Part shown: positions 1-8,567 of the stretch, piece after piece | How positions within the stretch are numbered: position 1 is the stretch's first letter | Layout: each line of letters opens with the position of its first letter | NCBI RefSeq assembly: GCF_018398935.1 | Contig: NZ_CP074694.1 | Span: 1,290,001 to 1,322,000 of the forward strand | Reading direction: 5' to 3' | Source: Telmatocola sphagniphila | GTDB lineage: Bacteria; Planctomycetota; Planctomycetia; Gemmatales; Gemmataceae | DNA: 32,000 bases | Notes under the pieces: generated by a model | What the model saw: only the letters and a program-made list of their open reading frames with translations | The model's database searches: none | Told to the model about the DNA's origin: nothing | Translations under genes and position numbers: made by a program

Positions 1-3000
1 TAGGCTTGGCAACGATTTTGATGAAGGTGGTAATTCGGGTGAAGACTTAATTGGCAGATGTCGATCGACGAGCGCCAAAAAGTTATCCTCATCCTCCTCC
101 GGTTTCGTATCGGAGTTAATGTCCGGGACGATTGGATTAGGTACGATTGAGTCCGAGATGGCCGTCTCCCGACGGCCTGGCCCTTTTCCCGAGGTGAGAA
201 ATCCTGCTATGTCATTTAGCGTATGCAAGGTTCCTAACTGTTCCGGCTTTACAGCGGGGGAATCTGGAAGCTTATCCTGGATGGCAGAGAGAATTTCAAC
301 CCGTTTAATCGAATCGATCCCCAGATCGGTATCGAGCGACATCTCCCAACCCAGCATTTCTGCCGGGTACCCCGTTTTCTCGGCGACAATATCGAGAAGG
401 GTTTGCCGCACTCCAGCGTCATCCTGTTTCGGAGCGGTGGACGTTAAAGGGGGCGCGGAGGGAGTTTCTACCGCCGGCGTGACCTTCTCTGTTCCTTTTA
501 CGGCACCAGTTGAACTTCCCCCGGAGGAACCGGAATCGAGGAAGCTGGCAATGTCGTTTAACGTTTGCAACGAGCCCAGGTGCTCGGGCTTCACAGCCGG
601 AGCTTCGGGCAATTTTTCCTGAATGGCAGAGAGAATCTCGACACGCTTGATGGAGTCGATACCCAAATCGGCATCCAACGACATGTCCAGGCCGAGCATC
701 TCAACGGGGTACCCCGTTTTCTCGGCAACGATCGCGAGCAGTGTGTCGCGAACTTTCGAGAACCCGGTCGTCTTAGAACTGAGATCATGTTTAACGGGTG
801 CGTGTTGAGTCAGCGCGGCGGGAACAGATGTAGAACTCGAGGTCGGAGCAACTACAGGAGAAGTCTGGTTGGCTGCACTGGGCTTTGGGGGTACCCAGGA
901 GTTATTGATTTGAACCGGTCCGGTCGGCTGGGGCTTCACCTCGGGAGGTGCTACTGGCATAGTAGGATGCACGACCGGAGCAGGAGGAATCGAAGGAGCG
1001 GATATCGGAGCCGAACGGGCGACAATTGGTCCACCGCCCGTTAAACCCGCACTCAACAGTTGATTCTGCTGCTCCACCAGGGCCTGCAGAGTTCGCTGCG
1101 CCGCTTCCTGATGTTCGAGAAATTGCCGATGCAATCTGGCCGTATCTTCCTGCAATTGCTGGAAGGAGGCAAGGCTTTGCTGCGTCATCCGCAAAGCCTC
1201 CGTGATCTGGGACGATGGCGAAGCAGAGGAGTCACGCTTCGGATCGGTAGGAGTGTTCACAGTGCTACCCGATTTATGGGATTCAAGGAGAAAGTTCGCT
1301 GGTGTCGACTGTTGACTGGGCAAGTAATGCTTCGGGGGCGGGCTCTGGTTTTTTCGCTGAGGCTTAATGTAGTTCGCACCACATATTGCAATTGTTAGGA
1401 CAGGCTTGGCGGGAGTTGGAGATTTCGGCTCGGGAATTCGACCCCAATGCTTCAAATTACCCTCAAATCCTAAAGCCGCGAGCTGACCCAGCAGAGTTGC
1501 CAGTTCGTGAATCTCCGATCCCTTGCCGCCAGAAGAATCGATGCAAAGCAGGGAGTAATCTTTACCCCGATTTCCACTCGATAAGATCGAGTCGGTCAAT
1601 CGGGTCAGAACGGAACCCGGCCCGACTTCCACAAAGCAGCGAACTCCCTCGGAATACATCTTTTCGATGAGTTCGACGAAGCGAACACCCGTGGCCAACT
1701 GATTCGCGAGTTGATCGGCGATTAATTCCGGCTCGGAAGGATAGCTGTCCGCAGTGGCGTTCGCGAAAACGGGGAACCTGGGAGTTTTCAAAGATTTTTG
1801 AGTGATAGTCTCGCGGAACGGGATCGCCGCCGAGGCCACGAGCGAGCTATGGAAAGCTGCACCCACGGGGAGTCGACTGAAGCGAGTATTCTGACGCTTC
1901 AAGAACGACTCAAATTCTTCGATGTCTTTTTCCCGGCCGGAAACGACAACCTGGCTTGGGGCATTATGGTTGGCAATGACGAGTGGTGAATTCGCCTGTT
2001 GCAGAAGGCTTTGAACCGTCTCTACCGGCGCCAGAATCGCAACCATGCAGCCAGGATTCGACTTTTGCAGATCGCTCATCAAAGAACCGCGTCGGCAGGC
2101 GAGCTGATTCAAAGTCGCCAGGTCGTAAACTCCCGCTGAATAGAGAGCCACCAATTCGCCAAAGCTGTGTCCGGCCGCACAGTGCGGGGTAATGCCGAAT
2201 TTATGAAGCAGATGGACTAGACCGGCTTCGATCGAGGCGAGAGCGGGTTGTGCATTCTCGGTTTGTCGGAGAAATTGATCCTGTTTAGATCGGGTGGACT
2301 CATCGAATGCCGGAATCGGGTAGATGGCCGACGAGATTTGCTGATTCGAGTGCAACTCGGCATAAACTGAATCCGAGCTCGCCAGGCTATTCAAAAGTTC
2401 CGGAAAGAGACAGGCCAACTCGCGGGTCATTCCCACTCGTTGGGATCCCTGACCCGGAAAAAGGAACGCTAATTTTCCAGGAGTTTTACCAGAACCGAAG
2501 TAGAGTCCTTCGGGATGCTGCCAATGGGACTCGTTTGCTTTCTCTTGAAGAAGCTGCTGAGCAAGTTTCAACTGATCCGGCAAGGCCTTCTTCCCACGCG
2601 CATTGATAATCAATAAGCGAAAATTGCGAGTAGAACTGAACTTCGCTCGCGATTCCCAGGCCGCGTAACTCCAATCCGATTTTGGTAAAGATTCCAAGTA
2701 TTTGAGAGAGCTTTGTAGCTCTGTGAGCGAGTTCTCGCTCAGCGCAAAGATTTCGACGTCGTCATCCCAATCGATTTCCGATTTCTGAGGCTGTGCTTCT
2801 TCCAGGACGCAGTGAAAATTGCTGCCTCCGAAGCCGAATGCGCTCAGGCCGGCACGTCGAGGATGATTGGCATTCTGGACCCAGGGCCGCAATTGACTAT
2901 TGGCGTAGAGAGGGGATTGCTCCGAAAGTAATCCTTCGAGCGGCTTGCTAATCTTAATGGTCGGAGGCAAGACTTTATAGTAAAGCGCGAGGGCGGCCTT

Positions 3001-4203
3001 GATAAGACCTGCAGCGCCGGCCGCTGCTTTGGTATGGCCAATTTGTGACTTTACCGACCCAACGGCGGCCCAGCGACCATTCGGTTGAGCTTCGCGAAAC
3101 ACTTCCGCCAGTGCAGAAATCTCTGTGGCATCACCGACCTTGGTTCCCGTGCCATGGCCTTCGATCAACTCAACCGTTCCAGGGGAAACTCCCGCCAGTT
3201 GATAAGCGTTTTTCAGCGCCTTTTTCTGGCCTGCAGCGGAAGGAGCATAAATCGCATTGCCTTTACCGTCGCTGGACGATCCAATTCCCTTAATGACCGC
3301 GTAAACCTTATCGCCATCGCGCTGGGCATCCGCCAGTCGCTTGAGAATCACTATGCCTAAACCTTCACCGAGAATAGTGCCATCGCCGTTGGCATCGAAA
3401 GGTTTGGAATTACCGGTGGCTGAGAGTGCCGGCGTCTTGCTGAAGCACATGAACATGAAAATGTCATTGAAGGTGTCGACACCTCCGGTGACAACCATGT
3501 CCGATCGTCCTGCTGCCAGTTCCAGAGCAGCCAGGTGAACCGCACTGAGAGAACTCGCACAGGCGGCGTCCACAACGCAGTTAGTGCCGCCGAGATCCAG
3601 CCGATTCGATATGCGGCCCGCCACCACATTCCCTAACAGACCGGGGAAAGAGTTTTCCTGCCAGCCCACGTAGGAATCGCTAATATTCTGCGCGACCCAG
3701 TCGGCCGTTTCTTTAGGAATACCCGCTTCGGCCATGGCCTTTCGCCAGCGGGGGTGTCCCAATCGAGCACCGAGAGGAATTACTAATTCCAATGTTCCGG
3801 TAACGCCGAGAATCACACTCACGCGATTTCGGTCGTAACTTTTTTCAGGTCCGTACCCTGCGTCTATTAGAGCCTGCTTAGCCGCCACCAATCCCAGGAG
3901 TTGAGAGGTATCAATGGCATCCAAGTCTTTGGGAGCAATCCCGTACTCCAGGGGATTAAATTCAACGGGATCCAAAAAGGCTCCGCGACGGGCGTAGGTC
4001 ATGTCCGGCGATTTCGGATCGCTATCGAAGTAATCGTCGGGATTCCAGTGTGTCGCCTGCGGGACATCAGAAACCGTATCCAGTCCTTTTTTGATATTCG
4101 ACCAGAAAATGCGATGGTTCGAAGCACGTGGGAATAGACAGCCAATGCCGACAATGGCAATCGGAGTAAACGCTTCTTGCTTGTGGGAATTTTCAATCGT
4201 CAT
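1..4203 (-). CDS. pfaA: Iterative type I FAS/PKS multidomain synthase, PfaA-like (KS-AT-ACP-ACP-...). This is the 5' part (1401 codons); the 3' end lies beyond the window start.
   Basis: The minus-strand frame is open for all 1401 codons from ATG 4203..4201 to position 1. It is absent from the ORF track only because no stop lies in the window. Hand translation starts MTIENSHKQEAFTPIAIVGIGC. KS motifs: VDAACASSL (Cys215, codon 3561..3559), EGHGTGT, KSQIGHTK. AT motifs: FLFPGQGSQ, AGHSFGE (Ser680, codon 2166..2164), GAAFHS. Two ACPs carry LGIDSIKRVEILSAIQ. The start overlaps the pfaD stop (ATGA). Confidence 0.85.
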   Translation of the reverse strand, partial: MTIENSHKQEAFTPIAIVGIGCLFPRASNHRIFWSNIKKGLDTVSDVPQATHWNPDDYFDSDPKSPDMTYARRGAFLDPVEFNPLEYGIAPKDLDAIDTSQLLGLVAAKQALIDAGYGPEKSYDRNRVSVILGVTGTLELVIPLGARLGHPRWRKAMAEAGIPKETADWVAQNISDSYVGWQENSFPGLLGNVVAGRISNRLDLGGTNCVVDAACASSLSAVHLAALELAAGRSDMVVTGGVDTFNDIFMFMCFSKTPALSATGNSKPFDANGDGTILGEGLGIVILKRLADAQRDGDKVYAVIKGIGSSSDGKGNAIYAPSAAGQKKALKNAYQLAGVSPGTVELIEGHGTGTKVGDATEISALAEVFREAQPNGRWAAVGSVKSQIGHTKAAAGAAGLIKAALALYYKVLPPTIKISKPLEGLLSEQSPLYANSQLRPWVQNANHPRRAGLSAFGFGGSNFHCVLEEAQPQKSEIDWDDDVEIFALSENSLTELQSSLKYLESLPKSDWSYAAWESRAKFSSTRNFRLLIINARGKKALPDQLKLAQQLLQEKANESHWQHPEGLYFGSGKTPGKLAFLFPGQGSQRVGMTRELACLFPELLNSLASSDSVYAELHSNQQISSAIYPIPAFDESTRSKQDQFLRQTENAQPALASIEAGLVHLLHKFGITPHCAAGHSFGELVALYSAGVYDLATLNQLACRRGSLMSDLQKSNPGCMVAILAPVETVQSLLQQANSPLVIANHNAPSQVVVSGREKDIEEFESFLKRQNTRFSRLPVGAAFHSSLVASAAIPFRETITQKSLKTPRFPVFANATADSYPSEPELIADQLANQLATGVRFVELIEKMYSEGVRCFVEVGPGSVLTRLTDSILSSGNRGKDYSLLCIDSSGGKGSEIHELATLLGQLAALGFEGNLKHWGRIPEPKSPTPAKPVLTIAICGANYIKPQRKNQSPPPKHYLPSQQSTPANFLLESHKSGSTVNTPTDPKRDSSASPSSQITEALRMTQQSLASFQQLQEDTARLHRQFLEHQEAAQRTLQALVEQQNQLLSAGLTGGGPIVARSAPISAPSIPPAPVVHPTMPVAPPEVKPQPTGPVQINNSWVPPKPSAANQTSPVVAPTSSSTSVPAALTQHAPVKHDLSSKTTGFSKVRDTLLAIVAEKTGYPVEMLGLDMSLDADLGIDSIKRVEILSAIQEKLPEAPAVKPEHLGSLQTLNDIASFLDSGSSGGSSTGAVKGTEKVTPAVETPSAPPLTSTAPKQDDAGVRQTLLDIVAEKTGYPAEMLGWEMSLDTDLGIDSIKRVEILSAIQDKLPDSPAVKPEQLGTLHTLNDIAGFLTSGKGPGRRETAISDSIVPNPIVPDINSDTKPEEDEDNFLALVDRHLPIKSSPELPPSSKSLPSL
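198..770 (-). repeat. Two tandem ACP-domain coding repeats with a 342-nt (114-codon) period
   Basis: The block gggtaccccgttttctcggc occurs at 365 and at 707, an offset of 342 nt. The phosphopantetheine Ser codons in LGIDSIK lie at 312..310 and 654..652. The plus-strand shadow ORFs 119..622 and 623..808 share MAERISTRL(I/M)ESIP, which is the antisense reading of these repeats. Confidence 0.85.
1590..2475 (-). other. Acyltransferase (malonyl-CoA:ACP transacylase-like) domain of the PfaA-like synthase
   Basis: GQGSQ, GHSFGE and AFHS motifs, then FVEVGPGSVLTRL at the end. Boundaries are approximate. Confidence 0.8.
2800..4170 (-). other. Ketosynthase (KS) domain of the PfaA-like synthase
   Basis: Cys-His-His triad motifs: DAACASS, EGHGTGTKVGD, SVKSQIGHTKAAAG. 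The domain ends at FGFGGSNFHCVLEE. Boundaries are approximate. Confidence 0.8.
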
Positions 4204-5969
4204 GCCGCTTCTTTCCACTTCGCCTCGAGCGTATTGGGATCCATGGCCTGGGTGGGAAAATAGTCGTCGGGTAGATCAATACCTTGCAATTTGAGCTGTA
4301 AACGCCGCAAGACAATCGCCGTATTAAAGAGCAGATTCTTGGCCACTATTCCCACCGAGCGATTTTTCGCTGCCTCCAGATAGGTACCTTTCGTCCATTC
4401 ATTGAACGCACCCATGGCGGGACCGCACCAAATCTGGTAGTCGAGTCTGCGTGACGGTTCCCCCGCGTTCGCCCAGCGAGAGGACTGACCGAGGTACCAG
4501 CGAAACACCAAAGCCATTTTAAATTTCGGATCTGCTTCCGCCTTGAAGTTTTGATGAGGATCTCTCCTCTGGAAGTATTCCTGAGTCTGCTTCCAAACTT
4601 CTTCCAGGTCCATGCGAAAGAGGTTCTTCTCAATCGGGACACGATCGGCGGCTGGTATCGCTTCAATTGAGGGATATGCTCGATAAAGCTCATAAAGTTT
4701 ACTCGCCCTCATGGCGAACATGGTGCCTCGTTTGAGAACTTGAACCTTCACTCCCATCTCGAACATATCCGCGGCGGGAGCCATGATCACATCGGCTTGA
4801 TCGGCCTCCGCGAGCATCTGTCGCACCGTATCGCAACTTCCCGATTCCACGCAGGCCTGATTGACGGAACCGGTCACTACGTAGGCCGCCCCCATCGCCA
4901 GTGCTGCAGCGATCGATGCCGGAGTGGAAATTCCTCCGGCGGCTCCTATTCGAACCGGAGTCGGGAAATGAAATTCTTTCTGTAATCGATCCCTTAGGGC
5001 AATCATCGACGGAAGTAGTGATATTGCAGGTCGATTGTCGGTGTGACCACCAGAATCGGCCTCGACCGTTATGTCATCCGCCATGGGTACTTGACGACCC
5101 AGTTCGACTTCAAAGGCGCTTAAGTAACCTTTTTCCAGGCACTCCTTGAGCAATCTTTCTGGGGGCGGACTCAAAAAACGTGTGGCGACTTCCGAACGGG
5201 ATACCTTGCCAATGACCCGATTGGGAACCTCGATCTGACCGTTGCTGGAGCGTCGGATTCCTGATAGGCGATACCGGACAATTGCGGGTGTGATATCCAG
5301 ATAGGCCGAGGCCTCGACCAAAGGCACCCGGTAGCGTAGGAATAATTCTGCCGTGGCCATTTCATGGACGGGTTCGTTCGGGCTGTGTATGAGATTGAAG
5401 CCGTAAGGCTTTTCCCCCAAGCCGCCTTGGAGAGTCTGGATCGCTTTTTCTACTCGATCCAGTGAAAGGCCTGCGGCCCCGAAGATGCCGAGCATACCGA
5501 CATCCGCCATCGCTTTCACAATATCCGTTGAAGCAATCCCATTGGCCATTGCCCCGGTGACATAATTGAAGCGAACCTTATGCGCCCGACGAAATGTGCT
5601 ATCCCCTAACGAGGACAAGGGTAGGGGAGGAAGGTAAGCCTTGGTATTATTATCTAGAGGAGCATCCAACTCGAACCGATAGCCCTCAGAATCCTGAAAA
5701 AGGCTCAATGAGCGATGGAGGGAATGCAGGGCGCTCGTCCAGAGATTCGTGGCACCGTTCGAGATCAACGATGTGCGATTCAGCGAGCCATCCGCCCGAT
5801 TTCGGCCGACTGGAATAGTGGAAGAGCCGTTTTGCATGTCAAATTTAGTCACCAACCCGAGGATAAATATCGCGAGCAGATCGTCCGTGCACCAACCCGA
5901 AAGGTTTAATCTATGCTTACCTACCCATGTTAGCAAATCCTCCCACTTTTGCATTCGGTTAGAAGGCAC
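4200..5969 (-). CDS. pfaD: PfaD-family trans-acting enoyl reductase (FMN/2-nitropropane dioxygenase-like) of PUFA/polyketide synthases
   Basis: 589-aa ORF with long stretches matching PfaD as I remember it: YVTGAMANGIAS, FGAAGL, YGFNLIHSPNEP, MADDITVEADSGGHTDNRP, MAPAADMFEMGVKVQVLKRGT, FRWYLGQSSRWA, YQIWCGPAMGAFNEW. The start is uncertain: the track start at 5969 is GTG, and ATG alternatives lie at 5954 and 5834. Confidence 0.9.
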   Translation of the reverse strand: MPSNRMQKWEDLLTWVGKHRLNLSGWCTDDLLAIFILGLVTKFDMQNGSSTIPVGRNRADGSLNRTSLISNGATNLWTSALHSLHRSLSLFQDSEGYRFELDAPLDNNTKAYLPPLPLSSLGDSTFRRAHKVRFNYVTGAMANGIASTDIVKAMADVGMLGIFGAAGLSLDRVEKAIQTLQGGLGEKPYGFNLIHSPNEPVHEMATAELFLRYRVPLVEASAYLDITPAIVRYRLSGIRRSSNGQIEVPNRVIGKVSRSEVATRFLSPPPERLLKECLEKGYLSAFEVELGRQVPMADDITVEADSGGHTDNRPAISLLPSMIALRDRLQKEFHFPTPVRIGAAGGISTPASIAAALAMGAAYVVTGSVNQACVESGSCDTVRQMLAEADQADVIMAPAADMFEMGVKVQVLKRGTMFAMRASKLYELYRAYPSIEAIPAADRVPIEKNLFRMDLEEVWKQTQEYFQRRDPHQNFKAEADPKFKMALVFRWYLGQSSRWANAGEPSRRLDYQIWCGPAMGAFNEWTKGTYLEAAKNRSVGIVAKNLLFNTAIVLRRLQLKLQGIDLPDDYFPTQAMDPNTLEAKWKEAA

Positions 5970-6322
5970 TCCTAACCGTTTTTAAGTGAAGAGCCATATG
6001 CAACCGTTACAGTCGGACCGGGATGTTCCCGCCCCACACAGTTGCTCGATCGGCTACATTTCCAATAATAACGATCTGTGCCAATGTGACCTAAATTCTT
6101 AATCAGAGATGTGTATAAAAGTTGTCTAAATATCATTGCAATGTAGTGAGTTTAGTAAAAATTACTTTAAATAAGTGCCAAATGAAATGGTTTGATATTA
6201 ATTAGTTCGTATGTACATCAGATAGATTGGTTGATACCTCTGTCTAGTGCCTGCTATTCGACTTCTAGCGACTGCTTAGAATGAAACCATTCCTAATACG
6301 GTAGCCGATATGAGACTCGGAT
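5970..6322. promoter_or_regulatory. Divergent intergenic region between the pfaD operon (minus) and the fpg/nei gene (plus), with an AT-rich core
   Basis: 353 bp without a credible ORF. My hand count over 6061..6240 gives 53 G+C out of 180 nt (about 29%), while the flanking coding sequence is visibly above 50%. No promoter motifs could be assigned with confidence. Confidence 0.4.
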
Positions 6323-7225
6323 ATGCCTGAATTGCCCGACATAGTGGTTTATATCGAATCGCTGGAACGGCACCTCGTTGGCAAAGCCCTACAGAAAATT
6401 CGTATCCATAGCCCTTTTCTACTACGGAACGTGGAGCCCCCTTTGGAAGAGTTTGAAGGGCGTATTGTCCAGCGATTTCGCAGATTGGGGAAAAGAATCG
6501 TTTTTCAGTTCGAAGGAGAACTGTTCCTGATTCTGCATCTGATGATCGCCGGTCGGCTGCAATGGAAATCGGTTCGACCCGCGGGCCGAATGGGATTGGC
6601 CTGTTTTGATTTCGACGGCGGGACCCTGATTCTTACGGAAGCCGGCACTAAACGCCGGGCTTCGCTGCACACCGCTCGTGCGGAAACTCAACTTCTTGAG
6701 CATCAGCCAGGTGGCTTGGAAATCTTCGATTCTACAGTTGAAGATTTCACTCGGGCGCTTCGATCCTCCAATCACACAGTGAAGCGATCCCTAACCAACC
6801 CTCGCATTTTCAGCGGCATCGGGAATGCTTACTCCGATGAGATTTTGCACCATGCGATGCTTTCTCCTTTAACTTGGACCAGTCTATTAACGGATGCTGA
6901 ATGTGAACGGTTATTCCAGTCGACTCAGGCGGTGATGCAGCGTTTTCTTTCCAAATTGCGGCAGGAAGTCGGCGACGGATTTCCCACCAAAGTCACAGCT
7001 TTTCGGCCCGACATGGCGGTACACGGCCGCTTTAAATTACCTTGTCCGAAATGTGGCACACCGGTTCAGCGTATCGTCTATTCGGAGAATGAAACCAATT
7101 ACTGTCCTGAGTGCCAAACGCAGGGAAAGGTACTGGCAGATCGGGCACTTTCCAAATTGCTGAAGGACGACTGGCCGCGATCAGTGGAAGAGTGGGAAGA
7201 GATTCGAAAACCAAAGCTCCCCTGA
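6323..7225 (+). CDS. Fpg/Nei-family DNA glycosylase / AP lyase (formamidopyrimidine-DNA glycosylase or endonuclease VIII type)
   Basis: N-terminal MPELPD (catalytic Pro2/Glu3), an H2TH-like segment FSGIGNAYSDEILHHAMLSP, and a C-terminal zinc finger CPKCGTPVQRIVYSENETNYCPECQ. Confidence 0.85.
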   Translation: MPELPDIVVYIESLERHLVGKALQKIRIHSPFLLRNVEPPLEEFEGRIVQRFRRLGKRIVFQFEGELFLILHLMIAGRLQWKSVRPAGRMGLACFDFDGGTLILTEAGTKRRASLHTARAETQLLEHQPGGLEIFDSTVEDFTRALRSSNHTVKRSLTNPRIFSGIGNAYSDEILHHAMLSPLTWTSLLTDAECERLFQSTQAVMQRFLSKLRQEVGDGFPTKVTAFRPDMAVHGRFKLPCPKCGTPVQRIVYSENETNYCPECQTQGKVLADRALSKLLKDDWPRSVEEWEEIRKPKLP

Positions 7226-8530
7226 TCAAGCGGCTTGTCGTCGGGCTGGATTCGACTCGCAATATCGTTCGATTTCGTCGATGGTTTTTTGAGTGGCTCC
7301 CTGCTGCGATTCGATCAGGGCGCGGGCGGCCTTACCTGCGGAAATTCGCAACTCGGGATTTTGCAGCCACTGCCGCAACTGGGTTTCTAACCCGTCAGGA
7401 CTTTCCAATTTTATGGCACCGCCGCACGCGAGAAGTCGTTGAACCGTATCCCGAAAATTCCAAATATGAGGCCCAAATAACGTGGGCACACCGTAGCCTG
7501 CCGGTTCGATCATACTTTGACCGCCACGCTGGCCGTCGAAAGAGCCGCCGACATAGCCCAGATGAGCAAAACCCCAGACCGCCGAAAGTTCTCCCAGGGT
7601 ATCAATGAGTATCACTTCCTCATTGGATTCACTCTTAAGTCCGCAACTGCGACGCACCAACGGCAGCTGAAATGCGTTCACCAAGTTGGCCACAGCTTCA
7701 AATCGTTCGGGGCTACGCGGTACGAGGACTAAGCGAAGATTGGGGAATTCCGACTTGAGATTTCTATATCCGGCCAAGAGGATTTCCTCCTCAGGAGCAT
7801 GCGTGCTGCCGGCTACGAGAACAGTCTCCTCTTCGGAGATACCCAGTATGTCCCTGAGACCAAGGGACGCACTATTCGATAAGATTTTCAAAGCTCCATC
7901 GTATTTCACAGAACCCGTCACAGTTATCTTTATGGCGGGAATCCCGATGGAAACTAAATTGGCGGCGTACTCCTCCGTTTGCATTAGGAATCTACCGACC
8001 CGATTATACAAAAGCGGCTTGACCAGACGGGCGAACTTACGCACCCGACGCGTGGAACGGGGTGACATGCGGCCATTGACAACCAGCACCGGAATCTGCA
8101 TACGGTTCGCCGCATGGAGGAAGTTCGGCCATAGTTCGCTCTCCGCCAGAATCACTACTTGAGGGGTTAGTGATCGTAACGTTCGATTTACGGCCCAGGA
8201 GAAATCGAAAGGCCATGCCAGGACGGGAATGTCTGGAAAACACTTGCGGGCTTCGGCTAATCCCGTATCAGTTGTAGACGAGATTATCAAAGGAATCTGT
8301 GGATGTCGTTTTTGAAAAGCGGCGACCACAGTACGAAGGAGGTGGATTTCCCCGACCGAAACCCCATGAAACCAAATCGGCTTTGCAAGGGATTTCACAG
8401 GTAAGTGAGTGCCGACGAGTTTAGCTCGGAGATGCCGACGATAACGGCCTGTCTTCCAGGATCGCCAAGCCAATGCTGGCAAAGCAATTAATAGAAGCAG
8501 GCCGTAAATCGCGTTCAAAATAATTGGCAT
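7226..8530 (-). CDS. waaA: 3-deoxy-D-manno-octulosonic acid (Kdo) transferase
   Basis: 434 aa with an N-terminal membrane anchor. It carries the family signature PIWFHGVSVGE, and the GT-B-like C-terminal half has GGSF...GGQSMIEPAGYGVPTLFGPH. Confidence 0.85.
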   Translation of the reverse strand: MPIILNAIYGLLLLIALPALAWRSWKTGRYRRHLRAKLVGTHLPVKSLAKPIWFHGVSVGEIHLLRTVVAAFQKRHPQIPLIISSTTDTGLAEARKCFPDIPVLAWPFDFSWAVNRTLRSLTPQVVILAESELWPNFLHAANRMQIPVLVVNGRMSPRSTRRVRKFARLVKPLLYNRVGRFLMQTEEYAANLVSIGIPAIKITVTGSVKYDGALKILSNSASLGLRDILGISEEETVLVAGSTHAPEEEILLAGYRNLKSEFPNLRLVLVPRSPERFEAVANLVNAFQLPLVRRSCGLKSESNEEVILIDTLGELSAVWGFAHLGYVGGSFDGQRGGQSMIEPAGYGVPTLFGPHIWNFRDTVQRLLACGGAIKLESPDGLETQLRQWLQNPELRISAGKAARALIESQQGATQKTIDEIERYCESNPARRQAA

Positions 8531-8567
8531 GGGAATCCATTCCTGCCGTATTTACCTAACCATCGGC

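Noticed and set aside
198-770. Possibility that the 342-nt periodic repeat is a CRISPR-like or satellite array
   Set aside because: There are only two copies, they lie within an open reading frame, and each encodes a complete ACP domain with the phosphopantetheine serine.
119-4137. Many plus-strand ORFs of 60-170 aa listed in the track across 119..4137 (for example 119..622, 565..1044, 1060..1398, 2307..2606, 3085..3360)
   Set aside because: They are antisense shadows of the long open minus-strand PKS frame. Their sequences are Arg/Ser/Gly-rich and low in complexity. The similarity between 119..622 and 623..808 simply mirrors the tandem ACP repeats on the other strand.
7231-7241. caagcggcttg near the fpg/waaA junction as a terminator stem
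   Set aside because: It is a 5-bp inverted repeat with a 1-nt spacer, which cannot form a stable hairpin.
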